This document shows, piece by piece, positions 29,171-36,978 of a stretch of DNA of 64,000 nucleotides (position 1 is the stretch's first letter; each line of letters begins with the position of its first letter). The notes below the pieces were generated by a model, which did no database searches, had not been told where the DNA came from, and was given only the letters and a program-made list of their open reading frames with translations. This stretch comes from Candidatus Omnitrophota bacterium. GTDB lineage: Bacteria; Omnitrophota; Gorgyraeia; Zapsychrales; Zapsychraceae. The position numbers and the translations under genes are program-made. Location: NCBI GenBank assembly GCA_016931055.1, contig JAFGFL010000050.1, positions 1,535-65,534 of the forward strand, written 5' to 3'.

Positions 29171-29724
29171 ATGATAAAGAAAAAATACATATTTGTCACG
29201 CTTTTTGCGCTGTGCCTCCTGGCATTCGGCAACACGCTGTTTTAACCGTTTGTCCATGACGATTTCATTTTCATCAAGGACAATCCTGCGATCAGGGACC
29301 TTTCCGATATCCCTGGTATCTTTTTTAAGACATCTTCACTGGCGAATCTCCCTTTGGCCAATCCACCGCCCCGCGCTGGAAATCCTGTACCGGTTGCAAT
29401 ACCGCTTCTTCGAGTTTGATCCTTTCAGCTGCCATTGCCGCAGGTATCCTTATCTCGCTTTACGTTCTTTCGATCTTTAAGCAAAACACGTATTGGCGGG
29501 GGGAGACCCCTCTTTTCAGCCGCACGGCCCAATATGAGCCGGACTTCGGGCGGGGGCATGTTCTCTTGGGAAGGGCTTATGCCAAGGAAGGCGATTGTTC
29601 GAAAGCCGTTGTTTCGTTCCGGAAAGCCTTGACTATCTTTGAAAATTACCGTGCCTCAACACAATCCCCTTTACTTAAAGGCCTTTATGTTGGGCTAATC
29701 CAGGATGTTAAAAAAACCTGCTGA
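29171..29724 (+). pseudogene. Degraded remnant of a TPR-containing polytopic membrane protein (TMTC/PMT_2-like)
   Basis: Begins MIKKKYIFVTLFALCLLAFGNTLF, then an in-frame TAA at 29243-29245, then PFVHDDFIFIKDNPAIRDLSDIPGIFF in the same frame. The conserved ...YRLQYRFFEFDPFS... segment continues in a second frame, and the last TM + TPR part (ILISLYVLSIFKQNTYWRGETPLFSRTAQYEPDFGRGHVLLGRAYAKEGD) in a third. The multi-TM core appears to be missing. Confidence 0.6.
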
Positions 29725-29908
29725 ACTGTTCCCAGAAAAAAAAGAAGAGTTGTGCGCGGCTGGCCCATTTATTGCCGATAATTCTCGGTATTAGCCCATG
29801 CTATATCTTGGGAGTTCTTTCAAGAAGTTTCTTTTGTTGCTGTTATACGGCTTTCTGCCGCTTTGGAGTCTGTTTTGTGAGCCAGTATTAGCCGGAAAAC
29901 TAATAATT

Positions 29909-30400
29909 TTATTCGACCTTAGTTTTCATGTCCTGGAGAATGGCTTCCAGGTCTTCCTCATGCTTGACCTCATCTTCGAGGATTTCCAAAACTAAATGCG
30001 CGGTAAGAACATCCTTGCCTTCGACCTTTTTCAGGATCTTCCTGTAAACCTCGATCGCGCATTGCTCTCCTTTGATATTCTGCTCCAAAAGCTTCTTGGT
30101 ATTTGGGCTCGCCGGCTCATCATAACCGCAATTGGCCTCTTTTTCCCATTGCTTTGGGTTGATGAGCGGCGTCCCGCCAAGCTGGATGATGCGTTCGGCA
30201 AGTTTCTCCGCATGCTCGAATTCTTCCTTGGCATGCTCTTCAAGTTCTCCAGCGACAATACCGCGCATGCGGCCAACGGCGACTTTGGACCCCGCCCAAT
30301 ACTGGTAATAGGCAAGCCATTCATCGGCCAAAGCCTTGTTGAGCAGTTTTACCAATTCTTTTAAGTCTACACCGACGATATCTCTCCCTTTTGTTCCCAT
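29909..30400 (-). CDS. Dps-like (DPSL) ferritin-superfamily diiron protein
   Basis: LNKALADEWLAYYQYWAGSKV...ELEEHAKEEFEHAEKLAERIIQLGGTP and EDEVKHEEDL di-iron ligand motifs. Confidence 0.8.
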   Translation of the reverse strand: MGTKGRDIVGVDLKELVKLLNKALADEWLAYYQYWAGSKVAVGRMRGIVAGELEEHAKEEFEHAEKLAERIIQLGGTPLINPKQWEKEANCGYDEPASPNTKKLLEQNIKGEQCAIEVYRKILKKVEGKDVLTAHLVLEILEDEVKHEEDLEAILQDMKTKVE

Positions 30401-30433
30401 TCTCCCCTCCTTCAGGTTAATGCGGTTTTTGTT

Positions 30434-30754
30434 TTAAAAAGTCACGACCTTATCTGATTCCTTAACAATGTCATACACATCCTTCATCGTAGAGATCGGG
30501 CACATCTCTGATCCTTCTTGCTCACGGCTTTTTATACATATCCCGCAGGCATAGATCTTACCGCCGGACTTTAAGAATTTATCAGCCTGCTCGATAGTAT
30601 GGAATTTATCCGTGCTAATTTTCTGATATTCAACCCCCTTGCCCATGAAGAAAATCTTGACCTCGTCTTTCTGCCCAAGGCAGAAATTGGCATACCGAAG
30701 CGCGTTCCAGGAAGTTTCCGCATCGTTACTCGAAATAACAATCCCCACTTTCAT
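30434..30754 (-). CDS. DsrE/DsrF-family protein
   Basis: 106 aa starting MKVGIVISSND, with a conserved Cys in GGKIYACGICIKSRE. Confidence 0.7.
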   Translation of the reverse strand: MKVGIVISSNDAETSWNALRYANFCLGQKDEVKIFFMGKGVEYQKISTDKFHTIEQADKFLKSGGKIYACGICIKSREQEGSEMCPISTMKDVYDIVKESDKVVTF

Positions 30755-30868
30755 TTAGTCCTCCTTTTTCCCTGTTTCCCATTTTTCAGGAAATTTTATG
30801 CCAAAATCCATCTTCTGAAAAGCAGCAATCCGCTTTTGAAAAAGTTCTTCTATTTGTTCTGATTCCAT
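30755..30868 (-). CDS. Candidate 37-aa small protein (unannotated, below track cutoff)
   Basis: MESEQIEELFQKRIAAFQKMDFGIKFPEKWETGKKED. The ATG lies 2 nt after the ZIP stop, and the TAA abuts the dsrE-like ATG (TAAATG), so it fills the gap exactly. There is no clear SD. Confidence 0.3.
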   Translation of the reverse strand: MESEQIEELFQKRIAAFQKMDFGIKFPEKWETGKKED

Positions 30869-30870
30869 AA

Positions 30871-31614
30871 TCAATGGTGATGCGACATCTTGAGCAATGC
30901 CATCATTCCTATCCCCAGCAAGAAAAAGAGCATCGACCAGGCCGCTTTTTTCTGGTCCGGCTGGCGATGCAGTTCAGGAATCAAATCACAGGCCGCGATA
31001 TAAATAAAACCTCCCGCGGCAAACGGCAAAAGCAAGCCGGATAATCCTGAGATCTGAGATGAAAAATAATATCCTAATAATGTTCCCAGGATGGCGGTCG
31101 TTGCCGAAAGAAAATTATAAAACAGGGCTTTTGCCTTACCCCATCCCCCGTAAAGCAAAACCCCGAAATCCCCCAACTCTTGAGGGATCTCATGCAAAAC
31201 TATGGCAATTGTTGTCACCATTCCGACATTCACGTCAATGGTAAAACTCGCCCCTATAATTAAGCCGTCGATCAAATTATGAACCGCATCCCCGACAAGA
31301 TTGAGATATGTAAATGCGTGAAATTCGCATTTCCCTTTATGGCAATGCCGCCAATAGAAATATTTCTCTAAAATAAAGAAGCATGTAAAGCCCGCAATGG
31401 TAAAGAAAAACGTGTGGCTGAAATCCGTGCTTTTTTCAAGCGCCTCAGGCAAAAGGTGTAAAAAAGCCCCTCCGATTAAACCGCCGGCGCCGAGGCCAAC
31501 CAACAATATTAAAATGCTGTTTAAATACTTTTCTTTAAGAATTAAACTCACAACTCCGATAAAAGAAATCAAGCTTACCACAATGCTTGCGCCCAATGCC
31601 CACCAAAGGTTCAT
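30871..31614 (-). CDS. ZIP-family divalent metal transporter (ZupT-like)
   Basis: 247 aa, 8 TM, with the HEIPQELGDFGVLL signature. Confidence 0.85.
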   Translation of the reverse strand: MNLWWALGASIVVSLISFIGVVSLILKEKYLNSILILLVGLGAGGLIGGAFLHLLPEALEKSTDFSHTFFFTIAGFTCFFILEKYFYWRHCHKGKCEFHAFTYLNLVGDAVHNLIDGLIIGASFTIDVNVGMVTTIAIVLHEIPQELGDFGVLLYGGWGKAKALFYNFLSATTAILGTLLGYYFSSQISGLSGLLLPFAAGGFIYIAACDLIPELHRQPDQKKAAWSMLFFLLGIGMMALLKMSHHH

Positions 31615-32171
31615 GAGTGACCTCCTTTGTCTTCTATCTGCGCAGACATGATTTTAAGGGCCTGCCGCAGATAATCGCGTTTCAACTCGATAACCTTGGC
31701 ATTGTGCCAAAAAACCGGATGGTGAGACGCCACGATCACCTGACAGCCCTCTTGGACAAGCGCGTCAAGCCCTTTACGGATCTTGATAATCCACTCAAGG
31801 TCATGGCCGGTTTCCGGCTCATCTAAAATAAAGCAATCTCCTTTTTGAGGATTATACGACCCTAAAACATCCCGCATCGTCTCCCCATGAGAAGAAAACA
31901 AGGCCCGCGTACGGATAATTGTGCCCTGCAATCCCTTAAAATATTTATAAGCCCGGTGCGGATTCATCATTTCACCGTTAAAATACTGATAGCGGGTTGG
32001 GCCGCTCTCATGCCTTTTGCAGTCCCGGCATTTGTAAATGGCCCGCAACAAAGTGCTTTTCCCTGAGCCATTAGGCCCCACAATGGCATTAAAACCGCGG
32101 CTTAGCACAAACCGCTTGCGGTGGGAAATCATCCTTTTATGATTAAAACATAAAGAAATACCGGCAATCAT
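31611..32171 (-). CDS. Stand-alone P-loop ATPase (ABC/SMC-like mini-ATPase)
   Basis: Walker A GPNGSGKST, Walker B CFILDEPETGHD and H-loop ASHHP. The signature motif is degenerate (FSSHGE). There is a 4-nt overlap with the ZIP gene. Confidence 0.65.
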   Translation of the reverse strand: MIAGISLCFNHKRMISHRKRFVLSRGFNAIVGPNGSGKSTLLRAIYKCRDCKRHESGPTRYQYFNGEMMNPHRAYKYFKGLQGTIIRTRALFSSHGETMRDVLGSYNPQKGDCFILDEPETGHDLEWIIKIRKGLDALVQEGCQVIVASHHPVFWHNAKVIELKRDYLRQALKIMSAQIEDKGGHS

Positions 32172-33038
32172 TCATCCGATCCTCTTTAAAACAATGTCCC
32201 CCAGCGTTGCCCCGGAATGCCGGGCAATCACCGGACATTTCACTTTCAACAGAAAATATATCCTCCCATCAGCCTCACTCAAGGCCTCATAATTACCCTG
32301 GCCTTTGCTGATGATCAAATCCGCTTGCTTAAAAATCTTTAAGAATTCCTCTGAGCAGTATTTTAAAACAGTTCCAGGGGCATCAACGCCGCTGGAGATC
32401 ACCTGAGCGACTTTATCTATCCCGCAAAAGAGGGCATCTTCCATGAGGGCGTCATTAATCGACGGTTTGTTCCGAACTGCAAAAATCACTTTTCGATCTT
32501 GGCGAAACTCCTCAATCAAGACCCGGTCAAAAACAATCTCGCCGGCATTATCGGCAAGATAAAGGACTGTCTTGGCCGCATTTAAATCCCGCTTAAATTC
32601 CTCATATTCGAAGGCGCCCTTTCGGCCGGCCGGAAAATCCTCTCCCAGCAGCTTCTCGATTTCTGCTTCGATATTCAAAGTGTTTTTTACCGCATAATCG
32701 ATGACATTTCCCGCGATCGCCAGCTCGACGGCCATCAATAAACGGTCCTTGGATCGTGCGACCTTCTCTTTAAGTTTTGGATAAAGCTCCATTGCCCGAC
32801 GATTGCTCTGGTCTTTGATCCTTTTATAAAGATCCTGTCCTCCGAACCTTCTATCAAAAAGCCTATGCATCTCCCGCGCCATTTCCGGAGGAGTTAACCC
32901 TAAAGAAAACTTCGGGACCAAAGCCGCGACCTCATCCATGATCTCTTTATGGATAAGTTCATTGCCGGTAAACAACCGCCCTTGCTCAAGCGCCTGTTTG
33001 AAAAAGCAGGGGATACATTCAACAAAAGTTCGCATCAT
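32172..33038 (-). CDS. DUF89 (ARMT1-like damage-control phosphatase) family protein
   Basis: N-terminal ECIPCFFKQALE motif, GNVIDY, and the C-terminal ISKGQGNYEAL motif. Confidence 0.75.
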   Translation of the reverse strand: MMRTFVECIPCFFKQALEQGRLFTGNELIHKEIMDEVAALVPKFSLGLTPPEMAREMHRLFDRRFGGQDLYKRIKDQSNRRAMELYPKLKEKVARSKDRLLMAVELAIAGNVIDYAVKNTLNIEAEIEKLLGEDFPAGRKGAFEYEEFKRDLNAAKTVLYLADNAGEIVFDRVLIEEFRQDRKVIFAVRNKPSINDALMEDALFCGIDKVAQVISSGVDAPGTVLKYCSEEFLKIFKQADLIISKGQGNYEALSEADGRIYFLLKVKCPVIARHSGATLGDIVLKRIG

Positions 33039-34114
33039 TATTCCTTATTTTTAAATGGCCGCAATTCTAGCTCGTCCTTGAAATCCATCTGAAAAAGCTG
33101 CTCATCATCTTCCTTTAACAAATCATCCAACTTCATTTCCGAGGAAATACGAAATCCCATATCCTTGATCATTTGTAATGTTCGTGCATTTGATTCACCC
33201 TTCACGTTTAAATACCCTTGAAGAAAAAGTGAATTCGCCACATAAAGGCCTATCGGTTCCAAAGAACGTAGATGCATTTCTCGTCCAGCCGCAATACGAA
33301 TTTCCGCTTCTGGATTCAGAAGGCGAAACAGGCATAAGACCCGCAGACAATATTCCGGGGACAGTCCCTTCGGGGTTCCAATTGGCGTCCCGGGAATGGG
33401 AATTAAGAAATTAACAGGAATTGACTCTGCTTTGACCTCCCGTAACTTCATGGCCATTTCTACCACATCCTGCGGCACCTCCCCCATTCCGAGAATAACC
33501 CCAGAACAAACAGACAGCCCTACAGATCTGGCGACTTTAAGCGTGCGCACACGTTCCTCATACGAGTGAGTTGTACAGATTTTACTGTAATATCCTTTTG
33601 AAGTATTCAGGTTATGGTTTAAACGGTCAAGACCGGCATCCTTCAATTTTCGCGCCTGATCCAGGGTGATGGTGCCCGGAGAAACACAAACCTCAATGGG
33701 CCAGCGCTGTTTAATGTTCCTGATTATTTTCACAAGACGGTCAATGCGTTCATTCGGTGAGCCTCTTCCCGAAAAAACCATACAATACCGATAAGCCCCT
33801 GCCTGATACGCGGCCTCCGCCTCGCCTAATATTTCGGAATCAGATTTCATGGGATATTCTTCAATATCCGCTGCAGATAATTTTGACTGCGCGCAGTACT
33901 GGCAATCCTCCCCGCAATGCCCGTTTTGAACATTATTGATTACATGAAGCAAAACGACGTTACTGTAATATTTCCGGCGAAAAAGATATGCCAAATGAAG
34001 CAAAGAAAAAGTGTCGAGATCGTTTAAGTCAAGAATACGCAAAGCCACATCGCGCCTAAGGGCATCCCCCTTCTCAACTTTAGAATAAATGTCTTGATAA
34101 ATATCATCAATCAT
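33038..34114 (-). CDS. bioB: Biotin synthase-family radical SAM enzyme
   Basis: GHCGEDCQYCAQS (CxxxCxxC) and LNHNLNTSKGYYSKICTTHSYEERVRTL closely mirror BioB motifs. No other bio genes occur in the window. Confidence 0.7.
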   Translation of the reverse strand: MIDDIYQDIYSKVEKGDALRRDVALRILDLNDLDTFSLLHLAYLFRRKYYSNVVLLHVINNVQNGHCGEDCQYCAQSKLSAADIEEYPMKSDSEILGEAEAAYQAGAYRYCMVFSGRGSPNERIDRLVKIIRNIKQRWPIEVCVSPGTITLDQARKLKDAGLDRLNHNLNTSKGYYSKICTTHSYEERVRTLKVARSVGLSVCSGVILGMGEVPQDVVEMAMKLREVKAESIPVNFLIPIPGTPIGTPKGLSPEYCLRVLCLFRLLNPEAEIRIAAGREMHLRSLEPIGLYVANSLFLQGYLNVKGESNARTLQMIKDMGFRISSEMKLDDLLKEDDEQLFQMDFKDELELRPFKNKE

Positions 34115-34118
34115 ATGT

Positions 34119-34781
34119 CTAGGTAATTTTTCTTAAGAGGCCTTTCCGAGCGCTGATGACAACAAACCCTCCTTTGCCAAAACCTTTCCTAGGTTTTTCA
34201 AGACGACTTATCTTATCGAACAAAGCAAATATTGCCTGATAATAAGAGAAGGAAGCAAAACCAGCTTCCTTAAGCAAATCCGCGACTTCATTTACGCTAA
34301 AAAATCTCGCCTGTTTATAAAATACACTTTTCTTCCTTTGATAAATTTTACCAAGAAAACTTTCCCTATCGACCATGCCAATGATAATTCTGCCATTCTT
34401 CTTTAAGACCCTTCTCGCCTCGCTAAGGACCAAGCGAGGGTCTTTGACAAAACATAAAGTAATGATAATCGCCACGTAATCAAAAGTGGCGCTGGCATAA
34501 GGCAATTTTTCTCCAACGCCCCTTCGCACATTAATATCTCTTCTTCTGGCAAATTTAAGCATGTTTTTTGAAGGATCAACGCCGTATTGGATAGCAAGGG
34601 GCGCGGCAAATCTCCCTGTTCCCACGCCAATTTCTAAACCTTTACCTTTCTTTGGTAAGGCCCTTTTGATAGCCCCAAGCTCCGAGAGGTAAACAAATTT
34701 ATTCTTGTCATACCATGCGTCATATCTTTCAGTGTGACGGTCAAAAATGCCGCTCATGAGTTGAGGCTTCCTCATCAACAC
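34119..34781 (-). CDS. Class I SAM-dependent methyltransferase
   Basis: LEIGVGTGRF motif I and a Methyltransf_11-like core. The likely start is at MSGIFDRH (34754). Confidence 0.7.
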   Translation of the reverse strand: MLMRKPQLMSGIFDRHTERYDAWYDKNKFVYLSELGAIKRALPKKGKGLEIGVGTGRFAAPLAIQYGVDPSKNMLKFARRRDINVRRGVGEKLPYASATFDYVAIIITLCFVKDPRLVLSEARRVLKKNGRIIIGMVDRESFLGKIYQRKKSVFYKQARFFSVNEVADLLKEAGFASFSYYQAIFALFDKISRLEKPRKGFGKGGFVVISARKGLLRKIT

Positions 34782-35076
34782 AGCCTATCCCTCCTTGAAA
34801 ATATGCTTTTAAAGCTTCCAGCGTGGGCCCGGCATCCTCTCCGGTCACTCGGATCTTAACATGGCTGCAACAAACAGCCCCTAAAAGCAGAATCCCCAGG
34901 ATGCTTTTAGCATTGGCCGTAACAGCGCCTTGTGTCAGTTTAATATCTGCTTTAAACTGCTTGGCAAAATTGACAAAATTTGCCGCTGACCGCATATGTA
35001 AACCTTTTTGACAAGGTATTTTTATGACAATTTCCTTGTCTTCTGATCCCAACGGCATCTCATTTCCTATTTGCAA
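34741..35076 (-). CDS. HPr-family phosphocarrier-like protein
   Basis: GLHMRSAANFV (His15 region) and NAKSILGILLLG (Ser46 region). The start may be at the internal MPLGSED (35058). No other PTS genes occur in the window. Confidence 0.65.
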   Translation of the reverse strand: MQIGNEMPLGSEDKEIVIKIPCQKGLHMRSAANFVNFAKQFKADIKLTQGAVTANAKSILGILLLGAVCCSHVKIRVTGEDAGPTLEALKAYFQGGIGCVDEEASTHERHF

Positions 35077-35090
35077 CGTCTAACTCCATT

Positions 35091-35546
35091 TTAAAAATAT
35101 CTTATTTTAATTTCTACTTTCGTTGTCACAGAATTGGCAATAGCACAGTGCTTGTGGGCCGAATCGTGCAATTTTTCAAGTTCTTCTTTCGATGGGATTT
35201 TTCCGCCGCTGAATTTTGCCCTTGGCTGGAGGACCGCACGTGAGACAACGAGCCTCCCTTCTTCACCCTTTTCCAGAAAGCCAATGGCTTCATCATGATA
35301 TTCCTCAACAGTATAGCGTTTTTTAGCCGCGATAGCCAAAAAAGTTAGCAGATGACAACTGGAGAGGGCAGCCGTTAAAACCTGTTCCGGATTGGCACAA
35401 TGAGGATCGCCTTTAAATTCGGCCGCTGCCGAACCCTGAATACTAATTTCATCGTTAAAAATTATACTATGCCCGCGGTTATAACTATCATAATTAAAGT
35501 CGTTGGTTCTTCTTTCCCATTTTACATCTGCTTTATGTTCTGACAT
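35091..35546 (-). CDS. OsmC/Ohr-family peroxiredoxin-like protein
   Basis: 151 aa with the two family Cys (LSSCHLLTF and HKHCAIANS) and RBS AGGAGGA. Confidence 0.75.
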   Translation of the reverse strand: MSEHKADVKWERRTNDFNYDSYNRGHSIIFNDEISIQGSAAAEFKGDPHCANPEQVLTAALSSCHLLTFLAIAAKKRYTVEEYHDEAIGFLEKGEEGRLVVSRAVLQPRAKFSGGKIPSKEELEKLHDSAHKHCAIANSVTTKVEIKIRYF

Positions 35547-35574
35547 GGGGTGTCCTCCTGATCATGGGCAGGGT

Positions 35575-35745
35575 TTACTGAACGCTTGGGGTAGACTTCA
35601 GTTTTTTATATGCGAGGCAAAAAGGACAAATCTTGCCCAGTTGTCGCATGCCCAAAGCAAATTTAGATCCGGGGAACCGCCTGGCAATAATACAAAGCGG
35701 GCATATTTGGCAGAAAAAAGCGAGCATCCTAACAAATACCTTCAT
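35575..35745 (-). CDS. Candidate 56-aa Cys-rich small protein (unannotated, below track cutoff)
   Basis: MKVFVRMLAFFCQICPLCIIARRFPGSKFALGMRQLGKICPFCLAYKKLKSTPSVQ, with CxxCxxC and CxxC motifs. A strong SD (GGAGGAAAACGCG-ATG) precedes it. It fits the 225-nt gap between the Mrp-type hypB and osmC. Confidence 0.5.
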   Translation of the reverse strand: MKVFVRMLAFFCQICPLCIIARRFPGSKFALGMRQLGKICPFCLAYKKLKSTPSVQ

Positions 35746-35770
35746 CGCGTTTTCCTCCCATATTCAGTAC

Positions 35771-36502
35771 TTAAATATGATTGCGGCTGTCCTTATGAAT
35801 CAATTTATTGACATTTTTAGAGAATTTGGTCTCTAACAGCTTTTTGGGATCGCCGATCGCGCCCTCCAGTTCAGCATCAAAATCAATCTTTCCCCAAAAA
35901 GGAACATGAAGTCTTTTTATTTGCATTTCCACAGATAAATTCTTTTCTTTCATGTTTTGAACAACACCGAAGATAGGGATCTTGAGTTGTTTCAATATAT
36001 TTAACGTCTTTTTCACCGTCTCCATGACCACTTTAGAATGAGTGGTTATGATACAAAACTTCACTTTTTCCATAAAACGAATCACATCCAATGTCACATC
36101 TCCGACCCCCGGAGGCATATCCATAATTAAATAATCCAAAGCGCCCCATTGAGTAACGGCAAGCAGTTCGATGGCCGCCTGATCAAACCCGGCCCTTCTT
36201 AAGGCCAATGTTTTATCCTCCGTATAATAAATAATGGACATAAACTTAACGCCGTTAATCTGCGGCGGGACAATCCCTTTATCCTCAACGGGAGAAATTC
36301 CCTGCGCGCCTAATAGGACATGGCCTGAGGGGCCCCAAAAATCCAAATCCATTAATCCGACTTTATAGCCCGCTTTCGATAGCGTTAATGCCAAGACGGC
36401 GGAAAAAGTGCTCTTCCCGATTCCTCCTTTTCCGCCGGATACAGCTATAATTTTCTTAACGCCTGCCAATCTTTTATTAATGACATTTATTCTCGGATCC
36501 AT
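35771..36502 (-). CDS. Mrp/MinD-family ATPase, probable Mrp/MinD-type HypB nickel-insertion partner
   Basis: Deviant Walker A VSGGKGGIGKST. It is translationally overlapped with hypA. It lacks the CxxC of ApbC-type carriers. Start taken at MDPRINV. Confidence 0.6.
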   Translation of the reverse strand: MDPRINVINKRLAGVKKIIAVSGGKGGIGKSTFSAVLALTLSKAGYKVGLMDLDFWGPSGHVLLGAQGISPVEDKGIVPPQINGVKFMSIIYYTEDKTLALRRAGFDQAAIELLAVTQWGALDYLIMDMPPGVGDVTLDVIRFMEKVKFCIITTHSKVVMETVKKTLNILKQLKIPIFGVVQNMKEKNLSVEMQIKRLHVPFWGKIDFDAELEGAIGDPKKLLETKFSKNVNKLIHKDSRNHI

Positions 36503-36920
36503 CCGGCCCCTCTTTCTCTCCAACGATAGAATCTACCCATATGCCACGGCCTTTTATAATTTCAAAATCCGGGCTCTTGCATTGGGGACACGACATGAAA
36601 ACATGCGCCACCTCCGGGACAAAATGGATCGCCTCAGATTCTTTAAAATTCAATTTTCCCGCATTCGCGAAATTCCACTTGCGCCCGCAATTCCTACACT
36701 TAAAAACAGCCTTTTCATTTTGAAACCGTATTTTCGCCTTTTTAAACAACGATCTTTGGTGCTGTATAATCTCTCGAATGGCAAATTTAAGTATATTTTT
36801 TTCTATCTGCTGCAACTGGCCCAATTTGATGGTGATCCCTTGAATTGCTCCAAGACCTTGTTCTTTTGCAACTTTCTCTGCCGTTAAGACGACGGCTTCG
36901 GCTAACGCCCATTCATGCAT
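36477..36920 (-). CDS. hypA: Hydrogenase nickel-insertion protein HypA (long, archaeal-like form)
   Basis: Starts MHEWALAEAVV, with a zinc ribbon (FKCRNCGRKW ... SCPQCKSPDFEIIKGRG) carrying a long insert between the CxxC pairs. From memory this is very similar to Thermococcales HypA. Confidence 0.85.
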   Translation of the reverse strand: MHEWALAEAVVLTAEKVAKEQGLGAIQGITIKLGQLQQIEKNILKFAIREIIQHQRSLFKKAKIRFQNEKAVFKCRNCGRKWNFANAGKLNFKESEAIHFVPEVAHVFMSCPQCKSPDFEIIKGRGIWVDSIVGEKEGPDGSENKCH

Positions 36921-36978
36921 CTATATTTTCCTTAATAAGACTTTTCATCTAAACATAAACCTTGTTTCGTGCATGCCT

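Noticed and set aside
29798-29995. 65-aa plus-strand hydrophobic ORF downstream of the TPR pseudogene.
   Set aside because: It overlaps the 3' end of the well-supported DPSL gene on the opposite strand, is Leu/Phe-rich and low complexity, and has no SD.
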